DNA from: Microthyrium microscopicum
Lineage: Eukaryota
Reading direction: 5' to 3'
NCBI GenBank assembly: GCA_010405405.1
Contig: MU004234.1
Span: 4,671 to 68,670 of the forward strand
Length of the DNA stretch: 64,000 nucleotides
Shown: positions 1 through 13,255 of the stretch, in pieces
Position numbering within the stretch: position 1 is the first letter of the stretch
How the letters are laid out: each line of letters begins with the position of its first letter
Translations under genes and position numbers: made by a program
The notes under the pieces: generated by a model
What the model saw: the letters and a program-made list of their open reading frames with translations, nothing else
The model's database searches: none
What the model was told of the DNA's origin: nothing

Positions 1-2839
1 ATAAAGTTATATAGCTAGTCTATATTATTAGGATTAAAATCTTTCTATAATTTAATATCTTATACTATTATATTAGCTAGTATTAGCTCTAATAAGATTA
101 TTAATTATAAGAGGTTATAAAATCTAAGTAATTCTTTAAGGTATATATTTAGTTTAGCTTATATTTACTCTTCTATTAGTCCTTCTATTTACTCTTCTAT
201 TTACTTTTTTATTATTTTATATAGATAGTAGGCTTTATATAAAGGACTTATAAGGCTTATAATAATAAATATTATAAATATAGATTAAGTATTAGTAGAT
301 ATAGAAAGAAGAAGATAAAGATTTAGTATATAAGGTATTTATATTTTAATTTATTATATAGAATTAAGTAAGAGTAAAGTAATACTTAGTTAGTTACTAT
401 ATCTAATCTAGAGACTAGAAGTTACTTACTTATATTAAAGTATTTTTTACTATTACTATATCGTTATAAATAGTAATTAAAATATTAAGGTTATAATTAT
501 AACGTATAGTAAGTTTTTAAGATTATTAGTATTAATATAAGACTACTATTAAGTAACTAGTCTATCTTAAGTAAGTAGTAGCTTAGTTTTCTAATCTTTT
601 TTACTTATAGTTATTATATAAAAATTAAATACTAGATTCTAGTTTAGAAAGTTCTAGTATCTCTAAGCTAAATCTCCTTAGTCTTAAGTATTTTAGTATA
701 TATAATTATTCTACTTCTAGTTTTTAAATTTTATCTATATTAATAACTTATATAATATATACTTTAATATTTTTTTTTATTATAAGTATAATACTATATT
801 ATACTTCCTTTACTACTAAAGCCTAAGAAGTAGATAAAAACTATAGCTTAGAACTAGTATACTATAATTCTTTCTTATTATTATAAAGAAGTATATAAAA
901 GTTATAATCCTAAATTAGTATACTACGTTTCTTTTACTATTATTATAAAAGGATATATAAAAAGTATAACTTTAAAGTAGTATATTATATTAGATTATAG
1001 ATTTTATATACTTCTAAAGTTTAATTTAGATAAATATAATAATATTTTATATTTCTTTTATTATTATCTTAAGAGGGTATAATAGAATTATAGTATAAGA
1101 TTAATATATATCTTATACTAAGTTATAGTTCTATATTATCTATATAGATTAATAAGTAGTTAATTCTTATTACTTAAGTTCTAAACTATAATCTAAATTA
1201 TAACTTTAGTACTAGGTTATTATTATTATTTAGGTTTTAAGATATATTTTATCTATAATTAGGCTTATACTATCTATATAGATAGTACTAATTATTAAGA
1301 CTTAAAAGCTAATATTTTAAGAATTTATTTAATAGACTTTTCTATTAGAATAAAGTACTTTAAACTTTTAGTTCTAAAGGCCCTAGGAGTTAGATACTAT
1401 TATATTTCTAGCTAGTTATTTAGTAACTACTTTTATTATTTATAGTAGTTTTAAAGTAATCTTAAAGTTTAGTATATACTTAGCTTTATTACTAAAGAAG
1501 GCTATAGAGTTATTATATTTTTACTAGATAACCTTAGTACTAGTATAGTATTAGTACTAACTAAGATATAATTTTAGTTTAGACTTATATATAAATAAGA
1601 AACTATAGCTAGCTACTTAACTATTTCTAGCTAATAGTCTACGTATTATATTTAGTAATAGCTTATTAAACATTAGGTTTCTATAAACTACTTATATAAA
1701 GATAAATATAAAAGTATTTTTTAGTACTACGTAAATAGTATTTATTATAGCTAACTTTATAATTAATACTATTATAGTCTATAGTAAGATTAGGTTAATT
1801 ATTAAAAATATTAGTAATAACTTTAATTATATAGCTACTATAATTAAATAGAGCTACGTTTATATTAAGTTTTATTATAAAGACGTAACTAGATAGCTAT
1901 ATTATAAGTATTAATAGCTAGATATAAATAGAAGATACTATTATTAAATCTTACTATTAGTATATATACTATAATACTTTATATACTTACTTTCTAATTA
2001 ATAATATTAAAGGCCTTAACTATAAAGTCTTATTAAGTACTTAATATAGTAATATAGCTAAAATAAGGTTTATAAGTTAGTATATATAGTAAGACTTTTT
2101 ATATAAAATTAACTTACTTATTTACTTATTTTATATATTATTATAATATAAACTATTATAGAGAATAGAAAGTAAAAAAGAAAAGGATAGAAGTAGTAAA
2201 GTAAAAGAAAAAGAGAGAAGTATAGAATAAGAGAAGTAAAGAAGAAAGCTATAAATATAAATAATATATATATTAGGCTTAGTTAGTACATAAGTAATAC
2301 TATAATTACTTTTATAGATAATATAATAAATTAGTACTACTTTAAGAATAATAGTTAACTTTATATATAAATATAGAAGCTAGAAACTAGGAAGAAATAT
2401 TAAATATTAGTATTAGGAGTTAAAGTAGATATAGATAGATATATAGATACTAATAGATATTTTTATACTTAAGGTAATAGTAGAACTTTATAGAAATTAA
2501 TATAAGAAATATTATTTACTTAAGCTAATTTATTTATAAATACGCTTCTAAGCTTTTTATTTAAGTCTTATAATAAGATTAATATATTATTAGGAAACAT
2601 CTATTAAATATATTATCTTCTATTTATTCCTAGATATAGAAGATAGTCTCTAAATAAAGTTAATTAATCTAGAAATAATAAAGAATAATATTAGAATAGA
2701 GTATAGTTCTTATACTTTTAAAAATAAAATACCTTAACTAATATTAAGCTTTATTACTAAGACGTACTACTAAATTTAATTTAGTAACTAGCTATAATAT
2801 TAAAAAGAGAAGTACTTAAGTACGTATTAGTATTAAGAA

Positions 2840-2972
2840 TTAAGGTAGATAGAAGTTAAGATAGATAGAAGTTAAAGTAAATAGGAGTTAATATATATAG
2901 GAGTTAAAGTATTAAAAGCTAAGAGCTAGGAGCTAAAAGCTAGAAGCTAGAAGCTAAGAGCTAGAAGCTAGA
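2840..2972. repeat. Degenerate tandem repeats (about 15-bp units, then 7-bp GCTA(A/G)(A/G)A units)
   Basis: gatagaagttaa-like units followed by gctaaga/gctagga/gctaaaa/gctagaa units. Confidence 0.7.
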
Positions 2973-3426
2973 TTAAAGAGTAGATATTAAATATATATAC
3001 TAATAGTTAAAGCTAATAAGAGCTAGGTACTAGGAGTATATATTAGATTTTAGTATTAGAAGTAGATACTAAATATTAGTATTAGGAGTTAAAGTAGATA
3101 GCTAGGAATTTTTTTAGGGAATTTTCTTAGGTTTATTTTAATCTTAACGTATTTTTACTAAGTAAATTTTAAATAGGAGGATTTAAGTAAAACTAAAATT
3201 AAGGTAAATAGTAGCTAAATATTAGTAGTAGTAGCATATAGTAATATATATTTAAAAACTATAAACTCTAACTCTAAATTTATTTTAACTTTAGTACTAT
3301 AATTTAGTCTAAAATTTTATTATACTAATATAATAGTAGTATATAACTCTATTATTATATAAAGTTAAGGTTATAGATTTAAATTCTATACGTAGTAGGG
3401 TTACTTATTTAATCTTTATAAAAGAT

Positions 3427-3720
3427 ATTTTTTTTATTATTATAGAAAAATATAGAAAATAAGTAGCTTAATAAGCTAAGTATAGATATATTATTTATTT
3501 CTTTTTTAGCCTTATATTAGTAAAGATAAAGGTAATTTTATATATTTTAGTAACCTTAGTAGTAGTAAGGTTACTAGGTTAATTCCTATAGAGAATATTT
3601 TTTTACTATAGTAAAAAGATATAAAAAATAAGTAGCTTAATAAGCTAAGTATAGATATATTATCTATTTCTTTTTTAGCCTTATATTAGTAGAGATAGAG
3701 GTTATTTTATATACTTTTAT
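3427..3720. repeat. About 125-bp direct duplication inside the RIP block
   Basis: 'aaataagtagcttaataagctaagtatagatatattat.tatttcttttttagccttatattagta.agata.agg' occurs at about 3457-3535 and again at about 3626-3702. Confidence 0.85.
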
Positions 3721-6700
3721 AGTATTTTTAAGTAGAAGTAATCTTAGTAGTTATAAGTAGATATTAGGATATATTAGAATTAAATAGCTAAATTCCTCTA
3801 TAATTAGTATATATAACTTTATTAATATTAAAGAGGTAATATAAGTTCTAGAATAAAAATATATTATAAAAGTTATTAATATTTAGTAAGATATAGCGCT
3901 AAAGTTATATAATAAGTAAATAATAAGAGTATATAGAATTTTATAGCTAATATAATTTATTAAATAATTATTAAGTAAAAATAATATAAAATAATTTTAT
4001 ACTAAGTAATAGGAACTACTTTAATATACTTACTAATCTTATATAGACTAGTAAATTTATTCTTATTATTATATTTCTATATCTTAATATGCTTTAACGT
4101 TCTATAAGTCTAAGTATTTATATCTAAGTAGTATTAATATTAAAAGTATAGTAGACTTAAAGAAGGTTTATATAGTAGAAAGATATAGAGTATATATAAA
4201 GTAGTATTATTAATAAGATAGAAGGACTTATTACTTAATAACTCTCTAAGTTTTTCTAGAATATATTCTAAGCTACTTTAGTTAGTTAGTATAATAAAAT
4301 TAGTATTAATATTAAGCTCTATTAAGTATATTTACTTTAATATATTTTATAGTTCTTTTAGAAACTTACTTATTCCTCTAAGAGCTAATTTATTAAAGTA
4401 CTAGTTATATATATATTTATTATAGTTTTACTATATTTTATAAGTAGTATATTACTATTATAAGTCTTTAACTAGTATAATTAATAGTAAAATAGATAGT
4501 TTCTTTTTATATAGAGTTTATTATTAGGGAATATAAGAGAATAGTATTTTTATAATTATTAGATAGAAAAAAGTAGTAGTATTAAAGAGTAAAGTTAATA
4601 ATATTTTAGTTTAGAGTTAGGTAAGAATTTAACTAAGATTAGAAAGATTAGTAAACTTTATAATAACGTACTTCTTTTTCTATCTTTTATATCTTAATTA
4701 TTATCTATACTATCTTTTTTAGTATATATAAATTATTTAATATTTACTATAATAGATTAGAGTAGTACTTATTATTACTATATTCTAATCTTATAATAAG
4801 ATACTAAAGGGCTATCTAAAGTCTATAACCTAGTTATTTAGTAGTTTTATATTATAATAGTTAGTAACTATAGTATATAGAGTAAATATATTTATTTAAG
4901 ACTATTAACTTTTAGCTTAATTATAGTATAGCGTAGTATAATATAGTATATTAGTAATCTAGATATTACTATAAGCTTCTTAAAAACTATAGCCTAGAAG
5001 GAATATTAAAAAAGCTAAGTTATAGTTTTTAAAAAGCTCTTTAGAGTAAGTTATTAAGACTACTAGAATTAAATAGAGAGTTAACTTTAGATAGAGTAAG
5101 TATTAAGTAAATAATATATAGAGCTATAGAGTAGAGTAGTATTATACTATTAGGTATTAGTTTAGTAGGTATTATTACTAATAGTTAAAGAAGAAGTTAT
5201 ATTCTATTAGTAAGTTACTTTGCTAAGTCTTCCTAATATAGTATTTTAATAATAGAATTTTTACTAAGTTCTAACTTTATACTATTAGATCTATCTACTT
5301 AATAAAAGTACTATATTATATAAAATTATATATATTTAATAAAGAACGTTAACTTAAGTAATATAAGCTTTAGAGTATATTTATTAAGTAGGTATTAGAG
5401 AAGTTATAGAGGTATAGAGGTATCTCTCTACTAAAAATATAAACTTTTAATAGTCTAATATTTTACGTACAGACTAACTTAACTCTAGCTTACGAACGTC
5501 TACTATCTAAAATACTAAAATATTAGTTAATTTTATTTAAATTACTTATTAGCTTTACTTTATAATTATAAAAAGTACTTTTATTTCTTTAAAGTTTAAA
5601 GTCTTTTTACTTTAAATAAACTTTATTTATAAGTAAATTAATATATTTAAAAACTATTTTAGTTAATTTAGTTATATTAGTTAAACTAAGCTAAATAAGA
5701 ACTTTCTTAGTATTTCTATATAGATTTACTATAAGTAATACTTATATATTTTTTTTTAGTATAAAACTCTAATTAATATATATAGTATTAGTTTAGAAAA
5801 TATATATTTTATTTAGCTTTTAAAAGTATAATAATACTTTATTTAGACTTAAAGTAATACTAAAATATTAGCTATTATATATTATACTAGTATATTATAT
5901 TTTATTACTTTAAATATAAAATAGTACTTTATATTAAATAAAAGAATTAAAGAATAATTCTTATAAGTAGTACTTAATTATATTATTTCTTATATTTAGT
6001 TATAAATAAATTAGTTAAATAACTAAATTATAATTTAAATATAAGTATTAAAATTTTAGTATCTTTTTTATTACTATATTAAGTAAGCTTAGTAATTTAA
6101 AGCTATTAACTATAACTTCTTAAAAGTATAAATTAACTTCTTATAAGTTCTAATAAGTATTAATAAAGTTCTTAATAAGTACTTAATAATTAATAAATTA
6201 ATAATTAATAGATATTTAATATATTATATACTTTAAAAAAAAAAAGCTTATTTTTTAAAATAACTAGTAGAAATATTTAGTTACTATTTTACTACTATTT
6301 ACTTATTTAAATATTAATACTTATAGACTTTTAAAAGTAAAGACTATATTTAATAAAGTTATATATTAAAAAATAAATACTATAGTAAATAAATTTAAGT
6401 CTTAATATTAATTAAGCTTATAATAGTAAGAAATATTATTTAATTATATAGTACTTAAAAAATATAGTATTAAGCTATTTATAGTATTTAGATATTCTTT
6501 ATAATAAGTATTATAAATAAAGTAATAAATATAGAACTTTTTTACTTTATTCTAGTTCCTTATATAGTAGTAATACTAAAATATTCTATTATATCGTAAA
6601 AAAATTATTATTAATTTAAGTTATCTAATAGTACTAATAATATCTATAACTATTATACGTAGTTCCTTATCTAAGGAGTTAGAAATAACTTTAAAATAAC

Positions 6701-7228
6701 TATAATAACCTACAATAACCTTAAGATTAATAAAATAGATAAAAGAATTTTAGTAAAGTCGTAAGTCTAATAACCAATTAACTAAACTAGGTAGACGCCT
6801 ACAGACCTTGCTATAGGCTAAAATATAGAGTTTAGTACCTTTAGTTTAATCTAGAAATAAAACGGTAGAAAAACTATAGAGTTAGCAAGGATTCTAGAAA
6901 TAAATAAAAAAAGGAACATTAAAGTCTAAAAAACGTTTTTTAGCTACAACTAGTAACAACTAGATAATAAATTCTAATTTAAATTATAACTTACGTATCT
7001 AAACGAGGGCTATCTAATAGTATTTATTTTATTATTATAGTAATTATATCTAAAAAGTTATTAATAGAATTTAGAGAGTAAAAAATATATTTATCTTTAA
7101 ATAATTATAACTTAGTAAACCTTTAAGATATAAAAATAATAAAACTATATCTAGATAGAGCTTAACGAGCTCTAAATAGTAATATAAAAATTCTACCTTA
7201 AAGTTGCTTATTTAAGTTTCAATGTCTC

Positions 7229-7340
7229 TAATAACTATAATGGATTTTAAATAACTACGATAGATTTTAAATAACTATAATAGATTTTTAATGTATTTAA
7301 AATAACTACAATAAGTTTAAAATAACTAGAATAACTAGAA
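7229..7340. repeat. About 20-bp tandem repeat (aataactaYRatRgatttta)
   Basis: Three consecutive units from about 7229, followed by further aataacta units. Confidence 0.7.
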
Positions 7341-7576
7341 TTATTTAGTACTTTATTTAATATATATCTAATATATATCTAATATCTTTAGAATAACTAA
7401 AATAACTATTTTACTATTAAATACGTAGTTTAATTTATAATATATAATAATTTTTTTACGATATAAAAAGTAATAAGCTAGTATATTTTTTCTTATAGAA
7501 AGCTTTACTTATTTAAAGAATTCCTACTATTACTTAGAGATAAAACGTTACTAGAAAACTATACTAACTTATTACT

Positions 7577-8439
7577 TTAAGTAAAAGTAATCTAGAAGGA
7601 GTATTTTAGCTAAGAACTAAGTATTATTTAAATTTTTAAAGAAGTAGAAATTCTAGTTTCTTAAGTATTTTATATTAAATATAATTATTAATAGATTCTT
7701 TAATACTATTCTATACTATATTAATTTAGAAGCTAAACTATAAATAGTATTATAATCTTTTATTTTTATATTCTTTTATTAAATAAGTAATATAATTAAA
7801 CTAATAAGTACTAATAATAACTAGCTTTTTTATTATTATTTCTATTATATTTTATTATTAAATAACGTTATTTTTATTAATTATTATTAGATTTTATTAG
7901 ATTCTAGTAAACTTTAATACGTTTAAACTAATAAGTAGTATCTTACTAAAGTAATTTTAGCTAAAAATACTCCTTTTTAAATAATAAAGTATAAACTAAA
8001 CTAGAGCTAAATATATAGTATTAAATATATAGAATTATTTAAGTTAAGTTACTATAAGCTATTTTAATAGCTAAATGGAACGGAATAGTTCTATAAATAT
8101 CTTTTAAATAAGAAGAAACAATTCTAGCTATAATTTAGTAGTCTAAGGACCTTAAAAGGATTTAGTACTTTAGTAAATAAGAATAAATAGAGACGACTAT
8201 AATTAAAGAAATAGTAATAAGTAAGAATTAGTAAGTTTTTATTATAAAGATTAAAATTATATTTTAATCTTAATTACCTATAAGATAGTTAAGTAGAAGC
8301 GACCTAGAAGGAGTATTTTAGCTAAGAACTAGGTATTATTTAGATCTTTAAAGGAGTAGAGATTCTAGTTTCTTAAGTATCTTTTATTAAATATAATTAT
8401 TAATAGATCCTCTAATGCTGTTCTACACTACATCAACTT
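7577..8439. repeat. About 150-bp direct repeat pair (7577-7727 and 8289-8439), possibly LTR or element-end fragments
   Basis: ttaagtaaaagtaatctagaaggagtattttagctaagaac...ctatactatattaattt aligns with ttaagtagaagcgacctagaaggagtattttagctaagaac...ctacactacatcaactt; differences are almost all C>T or G>A. Confidence 0.85.
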
Positions 8440-8530
8440 TTTAACGGAATATTTCGGTGTAAACATTGACTGTATTAGCTAATTATTCGTGACGTCATCA
8501 GAGATCAAAACGCGCTTCGCGATTTCAGAC

Positions 8531-9780
8531 ATGTCCCCAAGATGGTTGAAGAAGATTTTGCCCCGGTCCAAGTCCACTCATAGCAAAGAACATGGAGCTT
8601 CGCCCGCAGGCAGCAATTACGCAGAAGCTCGCCGAAACTATCAAACACGTCGAAGGAAGGAGCTTCGCGATCGCAGTCGCCCGCCCTTTATGCCCCTGGA
8701 GCGGCCTTTGAGATCGCAGTCTGCTGATGGCTCATGGATGTCGTCGTCAATGAGCGAACAAACTCAATCAAAATTCATGCAGGAGCCTGCAGAAGTGCGA
8801 TTGGCCATATATGCAGAGCTGCTTGCCGAACGAACTGTGCATTTGTGGTACGGATTCTGGCCCGGGAATTGGCGTGGTGGAAGAATAAGTATGAAGTCAG
8901 GCAAGACACTTCTGAAGACAAGACGGCGAACAGATTTGCCAGATCAATGGAACTTCTACCACTCAGTATGCACTGGGGGTGGTCACTATGCTCCAGTTGC
9001 AAAACACTGGCACTGGGTATGGTCAAGACATCGAGCTCATAGTAAATGCGCTTATGGCCCGGCTCGGCACATCTCTGAGCCGTACAATACAGAGACATTG
9101 CTTGTGATGCCGTTTCTATTGACCTGCAAGAAGATGTAAGTTGTTTGTTGATGACCCAGAACAATGCTTATCGGTCTAGGTACTCTGAGATTATCAACAT
9201 GATGTATTCAAAGCTCACATTCAGTCTAAGGATGAGTGACTGGCCTCGAGGAATCCCAACGGATATATCGGACGCGTTGCTGACTCCTCCAATCTTTTCT
9301 CAGTTGTTGCTTTCTGACAACTTTCAGAGAATCACTTCCCTTGACCTTGAATGGACACTTATTACAAGTGAGCAACATCGGGACGGACTTTTCTTCGATC
9401 CAGCGCAGTATAAAGAGTGGTGGGACATCATTCTCTCCATGCGGCGTCTCCAAAAGCTTTGTCTTCTGCTCAGCATGGAGATCCCGCCTTCGCCAATTAC
9501 AGATTACTGCTGCAAGGTCATGAATGAGCCGATTGAAATGATGAAAAACAAAAATCTTAGCGAATTTCACATCGCAGCGCCAGAACCTTTCTTTCGGATA
9601 TTTCGCAAGATCGAAAACCCGCCTTGTACATTCAGCTTTTTGAATTACCAGACGATTTGGGGCCAATTTCGAGCGGATGGCACGGGGTCAATCTTCCAGC
9701 AAGGTAAGCCCCCTTACGACGACGGAGCTTGGAAACGCTCAGAACACGATGGCATATACTTTCCGATGTGCGGAGAGTGA
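8531..9780 (+). CDS. Hypothetical protein, DUF7730-like (2 exons; intron 9136-9179)
   Basis: ATG at 8531; the GTAAGT...CTAG intron joins LLTCKKM-YSEIINMMYSKLTF. The motifs 'QTQSKFMQEPAEVRLAIYAELL..VHL' and 'LLTC..YSE...YS..TF' are typical of this fungal family. Confidence 0.75.
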
Positions 9781-9782
9781 TC

Positions 9783-10516
9783 AAGCTTAAAAGAATGGAG
9801 AGAAAGATTTACCAGGAACCTTGCCTTGTTTGAAAGTGAGATGAGGACGGCAAGGTCTTAGCTTGTTTTTCAACCCTTATGATAGTATTATGGCTTTACA
9901 ACAGCAGATACAGCATCACCTGTGCTCACTACGCGCCTCTAGAATAGCACAAATCGCGGCGAATGAAGGGACTGAGGTATGATTTCATTGACTTATAGTC
10001 TGCCGTGATGAACATAATGTTCTCAATTCCTGTGCTCTCGTCGAAAAGCTTGAGACCATGAAATCTAGCTTTAATGAAATGCTGGTATCGGCCCTTCTCG
10101 AGCTCTGGGACTTAGACAATGAAGAAACGATGGAAACGGTTGATATCGAGGGCCTGCTGGCATCGACTGTATCCTCCGAGTTTGATAAAGACGAACTGAT
10201 CTCTCTGGTGACATCTCTGCGAGACCTCATAAAAACCGAAGGTTTACCCGATCAGAAGATCACAAGTGTGTATCTAGATACGACTTTGGGAGTCGGTGCA
10301 GCCTAGATAAGAGCTGCGCCACTACAGAAACTATAAAGTGAAATGACATATTTGTGTGACGGAAAATTAGTCTCAAGGGTGGGTAAGAGATATCGAGATG
10401 CAGTCCTCTGTTGTCTCACGAATGGCCTGGTTCTAGAACCTGACGCGTCGACAGTTGCTTGGTTGCAAGCCTTCAGTTGGAAAGTGTTGCAAGAATTAGA
10501 GAAATGCTCTGCATAG
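9783..10516 (+). pseudogene. Relic of a HeLo/kinase-like-associated (HET-s-related) fungal gene
   Basis: ORF 10058-10306 continues in frame through TAG (10304) and TAA (10334) into LCDGKLVSRVGKRYRDAVLCCLTNGL...LQAFSWKVLQELEKCSA*, resembling the C-terminus of fungal HeLo plus kinase-like proteins. The upstream part has many stops. Confidence 0.5.
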
Positions 10517-10733
10517 TACTCACGTCATTTAGTATATGTTAAAATTTTATGCCTGCGGTGTATTAGGTATATAGCTATCGTTTCTAGCATCGCACCGAAA
10601 TCTGCCTATTGTTCGGATGAAATATCTAGATGTCACAATCAAAATCTACGCCACATACCAAAATTGTGAACAGTCATAGGGTATATTCCTAGCTATGTAC
10701 ATTGATACGTTGGTCGGTAATCGTTATAGCTGG

Positions 10734-12497
10734 TCATGTATGGTCTTCGCCGCGAGGCTGAACTGGATACTTTTCGCTATCAATATCAATATCTCCCACA
10801 TGCGTAACTGCATCACCCTCATGCCTACACTGACTACAGCTGCACTCCGGTTCAATCATTGAATGGTGATCCAGATCATACTTTTCTGGGTATGAATGCC
10901 TGACAGGATCCCTCCACCAGTCGAAGAACCGGCGTCTTCTTTGTCGCGAATTCCAAACAAAATGTAGCACATTAAAGATAGCATGCTGCTTAATGTCGGT
11001 TAAGCTCTTGTGTGCTGTTGTTGTTGTTGCCTCTTCTTTTGGCTGTGGTCGATCATGAGCATCATATTGGATCCAGTGAGTAACTCCCTCAACCGCTCGT
11101 CGCAGCGCTGGATAGACTGCTAGAATGATTGCTGAGAGCACAATGAGAGCTGATCCCGCCCATGGGCTCCAAGCACCAAGCGTTGAGCTGGGTTCACTAA
11201 CAGGCATTGATGAAGCAAAAAGCTCACAAAATGCCAAGGTAGAAATAAACAAGAACGGATACAGAACCATTCCAAAAAGTCGGAGCAGATAGATGAATGC
11301 TGCCACAGATTTAGCAAAGAATCGACGCAGACTCCAGTAGAAGGTGTTCTTCTCGCGAGGACGGATTCCATATTTTCGTAACATCCGTTGTCGACGCCAT
11401 CCTTTAAAAACATATCCAGTGGCAGAATGAAGATCGCCGTATAAGATTCGGAAGACACGATTCCGAATGGCCTCTTGTGTAGAGCTAGATCCAAGAAGGG
11501 CCGATAATCCTTGTATAATGGCGAATATCCAGAGCCCAAACAGCGCTGTTTGGATAGAATCTAGATCACGTCCGACCTTTCCAGACCATATTTTGTTCAC
11601 AACGGAGTATGAAAGAAATGGTACCATCTGAGACCCATCTCTAAGAGGAGCGGTCGGTGAAAGCATCCCACAAAGAGAATAGCATTGACACCTGTCAAAC
11701 TGTTCCTTATCATCGAAATACGGAAATCCACCAGAATCAGCAGTACCGATTGGTTGACAGCTATCATCTATGTTTGAACACCAAGCCATACTGTCAATTT
11801 GATCAGTGTTCCAGTCAGTTCCATATTCTCTAATCAGTGTGAGAAATGCTATTGATGCCGCAAACATCACAACTGCCCAGCACTGAATGACAATCTTTGC
11901 CGAGTGTGATCGAAAAGTCTCAGACCAATGAAGCATTGGTGTCAACAAAACGACGGTTAGGGAGACAACTGGAGCGATACCAAAAAAGTCTACATCTCCA
12001 AACCCGCTCGAATCGTTGACATCGAAAGGATAAGTTCCGTCTTTGTACGGCATTCTAAATTTATAGAGGCCAAGTAGCATAAATAAATGAACGGCAGCAG
12101 TAGCGGAGTAGGCAATGATTATTCCGAGTGCCGCTTCAGCAACCCAGGTACGATGTCGTCCCAAGACGGCAAAGATAGCGGCGACGTAAAAGAGAATTCG
12201 CGGCAGATGATCGTATTGCCCACTTAGAGGATATGTGCATGTTACTAGGCCTCGAGTGACATTTGGAGCAAGAAATTGCGTGATAAACGGCATTACGGTC
12301 CAGATGTTTTGTCCATAGTCTGCAAAGCTCAGTTGCACAATGTTATTAGGTCCAAGATTTAGAGATATGCCAGGATCCGAGTCGGCTATTGGATAGATAC
12401 TGTCGTTGAAAGCTTGCCAAAGCGAGCCGTTATAGCTGGTGGCATTAAGTGCTCCATTGATAGAAAACCATGGATTAGCGCTATTTGGAGTGTTCAT
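10734..12497 (-). CDS. Uncharacterised multi-pass membrane protein (587 aa)
   Basis: Long ORF with multiple hydrophobic helices and the motif CTYPLSGQY..LPRILFY seen in conserved fungal hypothetical membrane proteins. Confidence 0.8.
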   Translation of the reverse strand: MNTPNSANPWFSINGALNATSYNGSLWQAFNDSIYPIADSDPGISLNLGPNNIVQLSFADYGQNIWTVMPFITQFLAPNVTRGLVTCTYPLSGQYDHLPRILFYVAAIFAVLGRHRTWVAEAALGIIIAYSATAAVHLFMLLGLYKFRMPYKDGTYPFDVNDSSGFGDVDFFGIAPVVSLTVVLLTPMLHWSETFRSHSAKIVIQCWAVVMFAASIAFLTLIREYGTDWNTDQIDSMAWCSNIDDSCQPIGTADSGGFPYFDDKEQFDRCQCYSLCGMLSPTAPLRDGSQMVPFLSYSVVNKIWSGKVGRDLDSIQTALFGLWIFAIIQGLSALLGSSSTQEAIRNRVFRILYGDLHSATGYVFKGWRRQRMLRKYGIRPREKNTFYWSLRRFFAKSVAAFIYLLRLFGMVLYPFLFISTLAFCELFASSMPVSEPSSTLGAWSPWAGSALIVLSAIILAVYPALRRAVEGVTHWIQYDAHDRPQPKEEATTTTAHKSLTDIKQHAIFNVLHFVWNSRQRRRRFFDWWRDPVRHSYPEKYDLDHHSMIEPECSCSQCRHEGDAVTHVGDIDIDSEKYPVQPRGEDHT

Positions 12498-13255
12498 GTT
12501 CTCGTAAGACCAGGGCGAATGACAGGCATGACAAGGCTGACATGGAAAGACTTGTTTAAAAGTAAGGCGGTCGATAGTAAGTACTAAGCTACTGCCCCAT
12601 AGCTACACACTTGCTGCCAGGTTGGATATTTCGTACATTGCGAGTTGTTGAGCGTTCATTGAAGATATGCATATACTCCAATGCCGGCGCAGGTTCATAT
12701 TTTGTATGGCGGAAGCCTTCAATTTTCCTTGATTGTCAAGATCAAAAAGATGGCAGGCACAGTACCATATGCAGAGTGTGCATAAGTTCGTAATTCTAAA
12801 AGCACAAAACACCACGATGTGTGCAGAGAGTCATGGGAGCTCTGCAACCGTAATCGGTAGATTCTTGAAACCACCAATCGCAGCTACAGTTTGGAGAGTT
12901 GGTTGGAATCTAGACCAACTTGGCATGCATATATCAGCAAGTCGAGAACAACCAGTTGTGTGAGTTTGATAAGCAGCTGAGCAATTTACTTTCTTTGCGT
13001 ATGATATCCAGGTTACCTTATCCCTCGCTTCATCCCAGGTTGTTTGCTTCAGCTTGGTAAGGCTGAACAAATCTTTCTTGTGCATCGCTGTAGTGTTGTA
13101 CCGCAAATTGGCGACATACATATACCGTTTCGCCCACTAATGCAGTTGTTGCTTGATCTTATGTTACTCCAATAGTAATCAAGGTTGAGAGTCAATCATG
13201 TGGTACCAGAAATTCCAGCTACATAGACTCATTCTCTCAATGTATTCTACTTCAG

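Larger units (their letters stand above)
1..8440. mobile_element. AT-rich block of RIP-degenerated repeats/transposon relics (class not identifiable)
   Basis: Extremely AT-rich, saturated with TpA/TAG/TAA and nearly devoid of CpA/TpG; no ORF of 60 aa or more in 8.4 kb; sharp switch to normal composition at about 8440. This is the classic repeat-induced point mutation signature. Confidence 0.9.

Noticed and set aside
7229..7340. CRISPR-like array
   Set aside because: Adjacent tandem units without unique spacers in eukaryotic RIP DNA; no cas genes.
1..8440. Organellar insertion, centromere, or a specific transposon family assignment
   Set aside because: The dinucleotide bias indicates RIP rather than mitochondrial DNA; no protein motif survives to name a family; centromere identity cannot be read from sequence alone.
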